Position numbers and translations under genes: made by a program. Positions 36,975-52,800 of a DNA stretch of 64,000 bases are shown piece after piece; the first letter of the stretch is position 1; the number at the start of each line of letters is the position of its first letter. The stretch is from the human T2T-CHM13v2.0 reference genome, Homo sapiens: assembly GCF_009914755.1 (NCBI RefSeq), contig NC_060937.1. One strand, 5' to 3'. The notes under the pieces are model-generated. The model did no database searches. It saw only the letters and a program-made list of their open reading frames with translations, and was not told the DNA's origin.

Positions 36975-37395
36975 AAATTGATTTTTAGCTGCTCCTGTCA
37001 AACACACAAAAAAGTAACTATGTGAGATGATAGATATGTTAATCTGCTTCACTATAGTAATCTTTTTTTTTTTCTTTTAGAGAGACAGGATCTTGCTCTG
37101 TTGCCCAGGCTGGATTACAGTGGCAATCAGAGTTTACTGCAGCCTCAAACTCCTGGAATCAGATCTTTTCACTTCATTTTTTTTTTTCCATAGAGATGGG
37201 GTCTTGTTATGTTGCCCAGGCTGGTTGCAAATCCCTGGCCTCAGGTGATCCTCTCACCTTGGCCTCCCAAAGCACAGAGACTACAGGCATGAGCCACTGC
37301 ACCTGGACACTGTAGTAATGATTTTACCACATATATGTACTCCATAACTTCATGTTGTAAATATCAAATATATACAAGAAAATTTATTTAAATAA
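36975..37395 (+). mobile_element. L1MA-type 3' end with an inserted Alu
   Basis: 'aaaagtaactatgtgagatgatagatatgttaatctgctt...catgttgtaaatatcaaatatatacaa'. Confidence 0.75.
37063..37307 (-). mobile_element. AluJ-type element with internal deletion
   Basis: Reverse Alu arms; TSD cact(a/g)tagtaat. Confidence 0.85.
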
Positions 37396-37669
37396 GAAAC
37401 CTGACCAAATTGCTCAGGAAGGGAAGGGTCATTTTATAACATTCCTTATTGTTCTGAACTGTGTATTATTTTTTCTTTGTCTAAGTAAACCTAGTTTGTA
37501 TGGTGCCCCTCTCTGTGTGTCTGATATACAAGACTCTGAAAGATTTTTGCCTCCTTTTTGACAATTGAAGTACAGGTTTGAAGTACTGAAGTCAGGTTTG
37601 GAGCTCAAAATCATGAGATTATAGAAAATTGTAGGCACTATTATATAGATTATACTCAATATTGATATA

Positions 37670-37722
37670 TTCTGTTGGTGCAAAAATAATTGCCGTTCTT
37701 GCCATTACTTTTAATGGTAAAA
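37670..37722. mobile_element. Truncated MADE1 mariner MITE
   Basis: 'gttggtgcaaaaataattgccgttcttgccattacttttaatggtaaa' resembles MADE1. Confidence 0.75.
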
Positions 37723-38479
37723 TATCTAATGTTATATGAAATCAACAGTTATAGTTAAACTTTAATTAATATTTATGGATAGTCACAGATTTTGTAAAAG
37801 ACTGTTATTTAAATGTATGTTCTCTTTTTATGAATTTCTATATAATGCCTTATAAATTGTGTAAATAAGCAATAAGTACATATGTGCATATTTTCCCAAT
37901 TTTGTATTATCAGTACATATGATTAAAAAATTATCAACTTATTTTAAAATCAAACTTGATTTATTGTCTGTGGTTTAAATTTCCTACAAAATCACTTGAA
38001 TTGTTTTTATGTCAATATGTTTGAATATATGTCCAAAGACACCTGGCCACTATAGTAGTAATTTTACCACATATAAATATTCCATAACTTCATGTCATAA
38101 ACCTCAAATATACACAATAACATTTAAATAAGAAACCTGGCCAAATTGCTGAGGAGGGGAAGGGTAATTCTGCAACATTCCTGGTTGTTTTGAACCGTGT
38201 ATCATTTTCCCTTTGTCTAAAGAAATAAAACCTAAACATAGAATACACACACAGAGGCATTCACAGCCACACATATGTGTTTGTCTGTATGTGCTTGTGC
38301 ATATACTAATCTATGGGTATATAAAATGTTAAATGCATAACTGAGATTATTGGAAAGAAACTGGTGTGATCAATACGTTATGACTTTAGGTTATAAAGCA
38401 AGTAATCTATTCATCTCTGTTAAGTAACAGGAGATAAACATGAATCCCTCACCAGGTCAGGGCCTATATAAAAGATTTA

Positions 38480-39570
38480 TGTGAAAACTAGCATCAAGCG
38501 ATTTAATTTTAAAAAGTAAGTTTGTAGTTTTAACTTAATCACAACACTTAAAAATATATGAAGAAAAATGGACAAAATATAGAGGTGAAATATAATTATA
38601 GTTTGAGATATTTAAGCACTCTTTAGGGAACTGAAAGAAAAACAGACCCAAACTTAGTGAAAGCACTGAAACATTAGACAATACCATTAACAACTATGAG
38701 CTAATAGGCATGTGTAGAATCCCACTCCTACCACTGAATGATATACAGTCACTCCTCCATATCTGCAAGGGATTAGTTCACAGATATCTGCAAATATTGA
38801 AATATGCAATTGCTCAATTTCTACATATAAAATGGCATAGTACTTGCATACAATCTACAAAATCCTCCTGTATACTTTAAATCAACTCTTTATTTCTTAT
38901 AATACCTAATATAATGTAAGTGATATTTAAATAATTGGTATTTTTACTTGTGTTACATTTTATGGTTTTATAGTTTTTGTATTTTTTATTTTTTTCAAAT
39001 ATTTTCAATCTGCGGCTGGTTGAATCAGCAGATACAGAACGTCTATTGTACTTTCCTTTTAAGTATATAAAAAGGAGGTTACACTATACTAAGCCAGAAA
39101 ACATATATCAACAACAAAAACAAAAGATTGAAATTTTTAAGGATGTGTTATTTGAACATATTTTAATTAAGCTAGATGTTGTCAGCAAACAAAATTTTCC
39201 TTATGTTTGGAAATTTGGTAGCATACTTCTAAGTAAACTATAGGTCAAAGTGAAAATAGAAACCAGCTAGATAAAGAATAGGAGAAAAAGGAAAGTAAAA
39301 GAACGAAATAAAAATAGAGAAAATGCAGAAAGAAAACAAATACAAAATTTGTGAAAAGACAAGACAGCATATTGTTAATAAATAAGTTGTAATCCCTGGG
39401 AAATTGCAGGATTCTTTGAGATAAAGTTGTATGGAAATAAGAGCTACGGATTGGGACTGGAAAAAAATAATTTAAAAAATTCTTACCATAACATGAAATT
39501 GTCTGATAAAGTATTCTTACCATGAGAGAAAGAATGAGTCTGTCAAATCTCATCCTGGATATTGATGCAC
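38480..39570 (+). mobile_element. Old L1 ORF2 (endonuclease-region) fragment
   Basis: 'aattatagtttgagata', 'caataccattaacaac...ctaataggcatgtgtagaat', 'catacttctaagtaa'. Confidence 0.6.
38746..39048 (+). mobile_element. MER2 (TcMar-Tigger) DNA transposon
   Basis: 'ataaaatggcatagtacttgcatacaatctac..atcctcctgtatactttaaatca', 'aatattttcaatctgcggctggttgaatc'; TA flanks. Confidence 0.85.
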
Positions 39571-40611
39571 AGATGCAGAAATCAAAGTGTGTATTGAGGA
39601 GGAAGAAAGGCTAACATGAGTGCTGAGAGGACACAAACAATCCAGAGTATTTGGCAAAGAAAGAATTTGTTAAAAGTTTTGGAAAAAGTAAGCAGATGTT
39701 CAGAGCAATACCTGCTGGGTGTAGGGGTAGAAGCAATGGCACTTCAAGAGTTGGATAAGTACTGATTATAAAGTCTAAATTTAACAAGCAGGCATAGCAA
39801 TTTACATTTGGAGTATTAATGTGTCATGTGCAGATTACTTGAGAAATCAAGCTATTTATGCATATTTTCCCCACTGCCACCCTCATCTGTATATTAGATT
39901 ATGGGCCCTCCATTTATCCTTGGGACATGTCTACAACCATATTTTTCTGTACTAAATTCAGATAATGTGCAATTCAGTGTGAGATAGTATAGCATGTTTT
40001 AAAATTGGTGAAAACTGGTAAGAGATCTGTAATAATGACCATTTGTCTAGCAGCTCCCTTCTACTCACACATGGAAAGTAAAACAGTTCTTTTAAGATAA
40101 AAGTGAGGAGTTTAAGTGAAAATGATTACGAGATAAGGAGCTAAAACTGTGAAGTTGCCCCTGACTTTTAAGCAAAGTCTTAAAGGAGAAAAGCTTGGGA
40201 AGCAGGGAATTCAGGAGATGGTCCTACATGAAGTTCTGGAATGTCTAAGAGACGGAGAGACTGTCTTATCACTTTCCAGCTGCAGCGTAACTGAGGCAAT
40301 CCTCTAGATATATCTTATACCATTAGACTTGATGTACATTGGTAAATTCAGTCAAACAGTCTGAGACTTCAAAACCTAACTTGTGCAAAGAGCCAAGAGT
40401 GACATGGAAGTGAACTCAGCATGCGATAATGAAAACATACATAAGCCCAACAAACTATGTATCAAAAAGAGGGGATATAAATTAAGAAGATGGCAGTCGG
40501 TGGAAACAAGCTATTTCTCAATGAATACAGCTATGAGAATGAGCTGTCTTGAGAATGATGTCACTTGTTAGAATCAGTGCCAAACATTTTTTTTTAAATG
40601 AAGCAAATGTT

Positions 40612-41020
40612 TGTGAAAGTGGATTATACAAACTGGGTCGGTCTTGTCATACTCAACTAAATCAGGTCAAGAGGCCAGGGAGAAAAGCACTCAGGGCACA
40701 TAGCTCCAGCTGCAAGAATTAAATTTTCTACAAACCCCACTGCTGAAAAGGCCAGACATAATCCTAAGACCAATTTTACCTAGTAGTTGCTAAAATCACC
40801 TGACCTGACTGGTTTTACCTAAAGCTTCTCTACTGCCAATAAGCTTTTCTTTGAAACAATACTTAACATTTGTCTTTTTAAAAAAGCTCCCAATCTTCTT
40901 TGTTCTTCAGGCATCCTGAGTACCACCCTGTCTGTGTGTATGGCCCAAACTTCAATTCTTGCTTCCCAAACAAAACGTTTTGAAATCAGAGATTTGTCTA
41001 TATTGTATTTGATTTTGGCA
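40612..41020 (+). mobile_element. ERV1 solo LTR (LTR23/MER65-like)
   Basis: tgtgaaag...ttttggca termini; perfect TSD tgtt. Confidence 0.7.
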
Positions 41021-42054
41021 TGTTCTAGAAAGAGGAAAAGCCATTCTAGCATTAAAATGGTTGGATTCTCATTAACAATATTTTCTCCAGTAGGCAATGG
41101 TACTCGAAGTTGCAAAGTATTAACTCATCAGAATAAGTAATAGAAGAAAGTCTAAAAGAATTTTGAATCTGACTGTAACTTATTTAATGAGTCTAAATCA
41201 TTGAAAGCTTTTATTGGAATAGACAGAGGAAAAATGAGTGAATTAGATAAACTCGCCTGCACTAGAGAAGGGGCTCACAGTTAGAAGATAAATTGGTGAA
41301 TTAAATTGCAGAACTAAAATGTCATTGCTTTTAACTCCAACAACTGAGCCTTAAACAACATAAAGAAAAACACCTGAGCCTTATACCGTATGTTTGTGTA
41401 ATACAAATAAACACATTTTAATTACTTTTTCCCAAGAAAGATACTGCCTTCTAGTGATGGTGGATCACCTCCTGAGTTGTAGAATTCCTTAAAATTGGGA
41501 ACAGAATTATTTTTCCACATTTATTGTTAAATTTATTGTTCAATTGAGAGCTCAAAAAAAATAGCCAAAAGAGAGTGAAATGGAATGGTTAGTTTTGAAA
41601 ACGAGTGAGAGCTGGGGCAGTTGGGGGTTGTGGGAGAAGGAAGGGAGGTGGGAAGAGGAAGGAGTGGAATAGGAAGAAGAAATTTTAGCTGAATTAATAA
41701 AAAAAAATTTCAGCAGAAATAAAGACTTCAGTAAGCATAGTAAATTAAAAGCAATTCTAAAGTGATCTGGGAACTTAAATAAAGGAGTAAATGGAGACAG
41801 GATTTTGAAAATGCAAAGCACAAATGGAGCTTCACACCTAGGAAATTAGCCTATGTAATCATAGGCAGGCAAAATGTTTTCAATCTATTGACAAATAGGC
41901 TATAAAAATATTTCTTCTTCATAGGATTGGAGACGGAGAAATGGAGACAATGTCCTCACTCTCTTTGCCCCTGAAGAGTTATCCATAGGAACTGCTTCCC
42001 AGTTACTGTCCCTGAATTCAGGGGGCTTCCAAGTCAATGGTTAAAAAAACGGCC

Positions 42055-42303
42055 ACTGGGCACAGTGGCTGTCAGTAGTCTTAGTGACTTAGGAGGCTGA
42101 GGCAGAAGGACTGCTTGAGGCCAGGAGTTCAAGCCCAGCCTGGACAATATAGCCAGACTCCATCTCTAAAAAAATAATTAGCCAGGCATAACAGCCCATG
42201 CCTGGAGTTCGAGGCTGCTGTGAGCTATGATTCTGCCACTGCCCTTCAGCCTGGGCAACAGACTGAAACCCTGTCTTTAAAAAAAAAAAAAAAAAAAAAA
42301 AAA
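42055..42303 (+). mobile_element. AluJ element with right-arm deletion and pure A tail
   Basis: 'gcttgaggccaggagttc', 'gaggctgctgtgagctatgat' AluJ diagnostics. Confidence 0.85.
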
Positions 42304-44199
42304 GGTAAATAATTCCAAAATTTCCAGTTGTTGCTAGAAAGAATTTTTATTGCTTCCTTGCAGCTTCCTCAATGAATCCAGAATAGTGGCATAAGTTTCA
42401 AATAATATGAGAAGCAAATGTAAAATGTTACAATTATGCTAAGGTAGGGTTTAGAGAAAATTCCAGAGAAAAGTTTCTCCAATCTAAATTCACAAGCATA
42501 GCAACATCATTATAGATCTATTTTGTTCATTACCTCTAGTTAGTATGGTTTTATTCTAAACAGATGGTAATTTATTAAAGTTTAATATCATATTTTTCAA
42601 AATATGCATATTGGGCTGTGAAATACAGACTTTGTGATATCTTTAAGATAATAACCTAAGAAATGCTTTAAAGTATCACTCCATAATTGACACCCAGATT
42701 TCAATAAAAATAGGAGTTTGAGGTTTTTCAGTATTTAGAAAAAAAGTTGTTTCTAAAATATATTGAATTGTGGTATTGGATCAATAGTCACTCTTTGGTA
42801 CATAATCTGCACTGATATGAAAGATAATGAGTTTTTATGATAAGAGGAAGAAAGAGGACATAGTAAAATACCTGGCATATCGATTCAGTCAACACTTATT
42901 TAGAGAACTGGATATTTGCCAGGCATTGTGTTAGATATTACACATGAAATGGTGAATATGACAGAACTTTAAATATGATCAATGGGGGTTTAGTTAGATC
43001 CTGGTGCATATTTATTTAACGAGTGAATGAGTTCAAAGTATCCAATTTTGTTTCATGTCTGCAACACTAAAGTATTATGTTAGTTTTGCTAGCATCATCA
43101 TTTATGTGAAGCTCAGTTGCTTCAGCTATGGATGAATAATATTTACCTCACACAGCAGACAAGAAGAGGATAGATAATGACATTGTATACGAAATGAAAG
43201 AGTATAAGTGTAATTAAGCACTCAGAAATGATTTTTCCATTGTTGTTTCTTGGAGTATTGGAAAATTGTTGCTAACTAATGGCCTTTTGTGAATCCATCC
43301 AACAGTACATCATTTGATGAAGTTTCACTCCAATTTTAATTTATTGTCATGCAAGCTACTCGATTGTTTTATTTATTAATGATCATGTAATCTATTATGT
43401 CTGAATATTGAGAGTTAGAATTGTGAAAAAATGGTAAAGTAGAAATTTGAATTATTCTACATTAATAGAATGTAATTTATATCTCTTAATGAAATGTATT
43501 ACTTTATTTGCCAATACAGATAAGTTCAATGTAATGATAGTATCTATATTAAGTAATTTATGTGCAAATGTTGCCACAAATTCAGTGCAGAATATATAAC
43601 ATTATACTTAAAAATCATTAGTATATCAAGGCCAGATTTTCTTAAATGTTAAACAAATGCAGGATTATCTTTGTATTCTACCTATTTTCCAGTTTCTACA
43701 TTATGCTTCACACAGCTACAACTCATTTAGTCCATTCTGTAGATTTATTTTCATCTTTGTCTCTAGAACACATTTTTATGCTGGCATGGCAAAACTTAAG
43801 GATATTTAATTTATTATTCTTTGTTACTTGCCACTATATAATTGTGTTAGTGCACTCATTTGGGTTTTGTGCCACAGTTTGGATAACTAATTTGCTGCTT
43901 ACCCCCATGTGTATGAGACTTTGCCTTGGTAACTTGCCTCTTCTATTATTTTGACTAAGATAATGGCTCTACTTTGCTCCAGATAAACTCTTTTCTAGTA
44001 TTTCGTTGAACTCCTTTCTAGTATTTTGTTGTCTGCTCTCAAACTTTAAGGTGGTAATAGCCTGATGATAACCATTTCCTCATCTGCTTTCCCATCTGAA
44101 TTATTTCACAATGTTACCTTATGCAAAATATTCTGCAGCAGTTGCTCTCTTAGGTTTTCAGCAAACTTAAGTTCTTTGTGGTCTTTTTTGATCTACTAT

Positions 44200-44555
44200 T
44201 GTGTTAGTCCATTTTCACGCTGCTGATAAAGACATACCAGAGACTGGGCAATTTATAAAAGGAAGAGATTCAATTGGACTTACAATTCCAAATGGTTGGG
44301 GAAGCCTCACACTTATGGTGGAAGGCAAGCAGGAGCAAGTGATGTGTTACACGGATGGCAGCAGGCAAAGAGAGAGCTTGTGCAGGGAAACTCCCATTTT
44401 TCAAAACCATCAGATCTCTTGAGACTTATTCACTATCATGAGAACAGCACAGGAAAGACCTGTCCTATCTTTCAATTACCTCCCCACCGGGTCCCTCCCA
44501 CAACATGTGGGAATTCAAGATGAGATTTGGGTGGGGACACAGTCAAATTATATAA
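44200..44555 (-). mobile_element. THE1 (A/B) solo LTR
   Basis: 'ttagtccattttcacgctgctgataaagacatacc...gagatttgggtggggacacag'; TSD actat/accat. Confidence 0.92.
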
Positions 44556-45009
44556 ACCATCATCTCATGTTCTGTAAGAAAACTAGACCCAATCACATAC
44601 AATTGCTGATTTAAAATGCTGACAACAAACTGACCAGCTGATTTAAAATGCTGGCAACAAACTTGTTCCTGGTGTTTCCTCCCACACAAATTATGTTTCT
44701 AGCTTGACAGATAACTCTTTCTCTGATTCTCTGAAATTCTTCCTGTATATGCTTCTCTTCTCCTGTTATTTTTCTTCAGCCTTTCTAGACTTTGAATTTG
44801 ATTGGTGTTAACTTGCCTGCCTCTTTGAGTAAGTACCTCAGGCAAAAATTCACAAATCCATTTAGGACTCTCAAAACACAACCCCTTAAAATTTACCTGT
44901 TGACTTGCTGCGTCCTGGTCAACACCAGAACCATTTAAGTTTGACAACTCAGACATCTACCAGAACTAATTTTTCTCAATTTTATCTGCTTTATTTTGCT
45001 TATTTAATT

Positions 45010-47075
<2,066 letters not shown>

Positions 47076-48296
47076 TCTTTTTTCTAGTGGACATCTGCAT
47101 TCCTTGACTCATGAGCCCTTTCTTCTGTCTTCTTTGCCAGAAAAGGTGAATCTCTTTGACTCTCCTTCCATAGTCACATCTCATTCTCTGACTTTTACCT
47201 CAGCAGGGGAAGGTTCTCTGCTTTTAGGAACTCATGTATTTAAGTAGACCCACATAGATAGTTTCAATGCTTGTGGACATCTTTGAGTGTCTTTGCTATG
47301 ATATTTTATACAGAAATGAAAATAGGAATCTAATGACATTGTAGTGATAACTTCTTGTTGCCTGAAAGTTTTATCACAGAAAAAAATGCAACATTTCTTA
47401 GAGGATATACAAAGAAGTGAAAAAAATATTTTCACAAAATATAAGATTATGTTTATCTAAGGTAACTTTAAGATCATTTGCCCATACATGTGAAATTTAA
47501 AAAGTGTTCTATAAATGATTTCTATACTATTTCAATTTCAGTATAGAAGACAAGGACTATAGCTAGATGGATGCCAGCTTAAGGAGGCAAGCGAGGCTTC
47601 CAGAAGTAATTTGGCTATTAAATACATACTTAAAAGTCAGATGATCTCATTTAGTGTGAGAAGTCAGACATACATAGTAGTTTGACAGTGGGCTGAGAGT
47701 GTTGGAAGGGTGAAAAAAAAAGAAAGATGTCTGTGGCAGAGGAAACAGAAAGTATGAATGGTTTGAGTTAGAAACAAAAACTTGGTAAATTATTAGAAAG
47801 AAGACCCATATGGCATGTGCAAGAGTGTCATAAGATAGGTCAGGATAATTCAACATTTAAGATTTTAAGATAAGGATAATGCAAAATCATTAAATATTTT
47901 TAAAAATGTTAAAACAGTTGTTAATTGAATGAGTCTTCACTGAAAAAAATAGGAGGATATAAAATAGCTTGTTATTTAAAAAATCATGTATAGAGTTGTA
48001 TGGAGAATGGATTATAGAGATATAAAGAAAATGTTACTAAAAGAATTAGGAAGAAATTGCAATTGTCCAGATGAGAGATTATGTTAGAAAATAATGATGT
48101 GGGACAAATGGAAATTTATATTGTGTTAAATATCTTAGAGTTATAATTAACAGAACTTGTTGCTTAGAGATGCTGAGAAAGGAAAAAGAGGTACCAATGT
48201 CTCTCGATTCTGACATAAGCAATTGTGTGATTTGTTATGCCAATTAATAATTTAAGGCTTGCATTACAATCATTTCTTTATTAACAAATATTTGTG

Positions 48297-48641
48297 GGCT
48301 GGGTGCAGTCACTCATGCCTATAATCTCAACACTTTGGGAGTCCGAGATGGGAGAATGATCACTTGAGGCCAGGACTTTGAGACAAGCCTGGGAAACATA
48401 GTGAGACCCTGTCTTTTAAAAAAAATACATAAATAAATTAAATAAAAAATATAGCTGAACGTAGTGACACACTCCTGTAGTCTCAGCTACTCACAATGCT
48501 GAGGCAGGAAGATTGCCTGAGGCCCGGAGTTACAGTGAGCTATGCTAGCACTGCTGCACTCCAGCTTGGGCAACAGAGTGAGACACTCTCTTAAAAAATA
48601 AATCAATAAAAAGTAAAAACAAACAAACAAACAAACAAAAA
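48297..48641 (+). mobile_element. AluJ element
   Basis: 'cacttgaggccagga', 'cagtgagctatg'; TSD acaaatattt. Confidence 0.88.
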
Positions 48642-48661
48642 CCCACTTACAAATATTTACA

Positions 48662-48818
48662 GGCTGGGCACAGTGACTCCCGCCTGTAATCCAAGCACTT
48701 TGGGAGCCTGAAGTAAGAGGATTTCTTGAGGCCAAGAGTTTGAGACCAGCCTGGGCAACATAGTGAGACCTCATCTCTATGAAAATTGAAAATAGATAAA
48801 AAGTAAATTTAAAAAAAT
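48662..48818 (+). mobile_element. FLAM / Alu left monomer
   Basis: Single monomer with A-rich tail directly after the preceding Alu TSD. Confidence 0.82.
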
Positions 48819-50869
48819 TATAAAGAGACTATTATGAGTGAAACATTGTGCTAATAATTAGTGTAACTTAGAGTTATCAGTGGGGTAGATAAATGTCAAT
48901 CAAGCAATCACAAAGCTTGCAAATGTGACAGGTTGCTTTGAAAACAGATAGTAAAAGACTTGGGTTGGGTTTAAAGAGTGAAAGAGTCTTCCAAGGGGAG
49001 GTAATATTTGGGTCAAGATGAGAGGATAAATTACAGTTAAATTGGGAAAGATTGTGCAGAAATAGCAGAAGTAAAACCATTTCAGTCATTGCAAGGGCCT
49101 GTGGGTACAAAAAACACATTCAAAGAAACTTGGCTGAGGGCAGGAGGAATAGAAAGCTGTAGGGCAGTGATAGAAGAGGTGATGCAAAGAGAGACAGAGG
49201 TCAAAAGATACAGGACCCTACATACTAGAGGTCAAAACTGGTCATAAGTCACAAAGAGACCATCATTTTTGACATAGGAATAGATTCATTCAGTTAGACG
49301 TTCATGAACTTGGAAGTGTATCTATGACACTAATTATACAAGACTCTTATTTATAATGTCAAGCACTAGACAGATAATTTTCATAATTTGCTTAATTTCC
49401 TTTACTGTGACAAATTCATTTCTATGGATTTTTAAAACACAGATGTTATTGAAGTTATGCCTCAATGCAGAAAGAAAAATTGCCACTGGCAACATTTTGC
49501 ATATTTAACTTAGGTATTTAGTTGATATGACATGTAGGTCAAAACTTTTGTTTCTTTGTTAGAAGCCTCCATTACAGGCTGATATGTATTATAAAATTTG
49601 CTATGTATGTAGGAGGGGTGCTCGGTAGAGCATTGTATTGCTTAACAAACTCTGGTTACCTTAAACAATAAATAATAGGAAAACTATTATCTATGCATTG
49701 TTTTGCTTAGCTTATATTGGAGTTAGGTTTTCTGGACTATTCCATATACTATTAAAGTGACTATTTAGGAAACTGAACATACTACATTCTAAGTTCATTG
49801 GGGTAAAACTCTATGCTGCATAGAAATATGAAAAGTTTAATTTCAAATTATAATTTATTTTTAGTACTTTGGGAGTTAACACATAAAAAGGAAAGTATTC
49901 CTTGCTTTAATTCTCACATATTAAAATATGTGTAAAAGTAATAATATTAAAGAAGAACGTTCCCAACATCATTTAAGCAAATTTTTATAGAATTCATAAA
50001 AAACCTTGCTATTATACTGTAGTACTGCTTTGTGAAAAGAAAAAATGTGGGAAAATTATATTCTTTGCGTTTGTATTTATGGGCTAACCTTATTTCAAGT
50101 TAATTTCATTTCAGCTATTATTAAAATATTGAAATACAAAACAACTAGACATTATATTCAAAATTTTTACAATGTTTATTTTGTGTTAATATATTACATA
50201 GAAAATGAGAGTCCAGTGATATCTAGAATTAAAAAGTAAAAGATAGAAAGGCAATATGATACAGTGAATATAAAAATATTCTTCTGTAAGACACATTTCT
50301 AAATCTACCTCTGCCATCATTTCTAACAATATGCTTTAACACCACACTTCCAGATCTGTCTCACTTACTGACTGTCCTTAAAAAATGTACCTCCTTGTAC
50401 ATTAAGATTTTTCCAGTTTTTAGTACAAAGAAATCCAATTATATTGATTGGAATTAATTTAAAAAGAAGAAATTTTTTAGTTTGCAGGATCAAAACATCC
50501 AGAAATATTACTAAACTTAGGCAAAGCTAAGTGAGTGGCTAAAAAAATAAAATTCTCACCAAGATCCTACTTTCTCAAAGCCTCAGTTTCCTGGTGGGTA
50601 AAAGAAACGGAGAACCATAACAGTAGAATCCACCTATACAATCATAATAAGGCTTACATAAATAATATGCTTCGGGAGTTGTCAAGAACATAAAAGTTCT
50701 GTATAATTACTTGCTATTTAGTAGTTACTTTAAATATATTACTTCATAATTTTACTTTATCTAAATAAATTTACCAAATGTTATCATTTGATATAGCATC
50801 AAAAACATGAAATACTTTGGAATACGTGTAATGAACTAGGAATTCATAATCAAAACTTTAATTTTTGAC

Positions 50870-52430
50870 GGATTAAAATATTGAAAAACCCAATTAATGA
50901 AGCACCATGTTCATGAATTTGAAGACTAAGCATTTTTAAAATGTGTGTGCTCCTTAAATTTATTTTTAGATTTATTCAATCAAAATCCATCAGATTTATG
51001 TAAAAGAGAGTGAACTGAGTCTGACATCTGACCAACACAATTTTGTTAAGTAGATAAAATTGAATGTTTACACTAACTGATTTCCAGACATACTCTAAAT
51101 CTACAAAATCAAACCAATGGGCTCTGGCATAAAGTATACATGCATAAACATGGAACAGAATAGACTGTACAGAAATTGATCCATCAGTTGATATATGGGA
51201 AACTGATTTTTGGCAAGCATATCATTCAAGTGTATGGGAAAGGATAGTCTTAAGAAAGCATACAGAAAAGAAAAATCATTACAACTGTTAGATTACACAA
51301 CATGCAAATATATTAAAATGAATTACAGGTCTAAATCTAAAAACTAAAACAACATTTCCAGAAGAAAAAAAAAGAGAAAATATTCATTTCCTTAGGGTAT
51401 TCTAAAGGCTTTTAGACAGAACACTGAAAAACCCACCAAAAAGGAGAAATAATAAATCTGATTTAAGTAACATTAAAACCTGGCCTTCAAAAGACTTTGT
51501 TAAGAAATAAGATAAATCACAGGGAGGGAAATATATGTATAATACAAATATATGACACATTTATAATATCCAGGCAATATTAAGAAATTTAAACTCAATC
51601 ATAGGAAGACGACACAATTAGAAGAAGAAACTTCAAAAAAAGAGCAAACATGAATTCACAGTAAACTCATGGAAAGATTCTCAGATTCATTAGTAATAAA
51701 GGCTATGAAAAATGAAACTATAATTGTATACTACTGTACACCCATTAGAATGAGTAAAATATAAAAGACTGTTATTACCACGTTTTCATAATGTAGAGTC
51801 ACTAGACTCTCAAACATTTCCTATGATATGCAAATCCACATGCAAATCCACAAAACCACTTATGAAAACAGATTGGCATTTTGTTACAAAATTAATTGCC
51901 TGCTTACCATATAAAATAACAAATCCTAGTATTTTACCTAATCTATTTCCTTATAAAGTCTAGAGACAAATAGTTACAGTGGCTTTATTCATAATTGCCA
52001 GAAACTGAAAAACAAACCAATAGCCCATATACATTTGAATAAACACTTTCATATAATTTCATAGCAAAATATTACTCAACAATAAAAAGAATGAAGCCCT
52101 TCTACCTTCTGCAAAATGAATGAATATTTTTTAAATGCCTAGTGGAAGAATCCAGACACAAAGAGTGCATACTATATTATTCAATTTATATGTAAGGTTT
52201 AGAGCAGACAAACCTACTTTATGGAGATATAAACCATATTAATGGTTGCCATGGTGATAGAGGAAAGCAGATTTATAAATAAATAAATGATGTCAAGGGA
52301 ATTATCTGAGGTTATGCTTATGTACTACATCTTGAATATGGTGCTGGTTATACATGGTATATTTTATCAAAATTCAATGAACTATACACTAAAAGCATTT
52401 ATATTTTATCATATAAAATTTATAGCGCAA
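50870..52430 (+). mobile_element. Old L1M ORF2 3' end and 3'UTR
   Basis: 'atggaacagaatagac', 'cacccattagaatg', 'ttattcataattgccagaaactg', 'ccagacacaaagagtgcatact'. Confidence 0.8.
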
Positions 52431-52657
52431 AAGAGATGACTAAAATATTAAGTTCTAAGAAAACAAGTCAATTGAAAGTATCCATAATCTCATGCTCATT
52501 AACCATCAAATGTAACATGAAATAAGAAGGCTGACAATTCTATAAAAAGAAAATATATACAAAATAACAAGTTATTAAAAAAACACTCTTCAGAAAGAGA
52601 GCAACACATAATAATGGCCATAAAAATACACATAATAAAAAACGTAATAAGGTATCA

Positions 52658-52800
52658 GACTGGACATGGTGTCTCACACCTACAATCCCAGCTATGTGGG
52701 AGGCCGAGGCATAAGAATTGCTTGAACCCTGGGAGGCAGAGATCGTGCCAGTGCACTCCAGCCTGGGGTACAGGAGTGAAACCCTGTCTCAAAAAAAAAG
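52658..52800 (+). mobile_element. Alu monomer (right-arm-like) with an 18-bp internal deletion
   Basis: 'aatcccagcta..gggaggccgaggc..gaattgcttgaaccc..gcactccagcctggg'. Confidence 0.85.

Larger units (their letters stand above)
47560..49230 (-). mobile_element. L2 fragments with two Alu insertions
   Basis: 'attgcaattgtccagatgagagat', reverse L2 tail 'aacaaatattt', 'gcaagggcctgtgg'. Confidence 0.55.
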
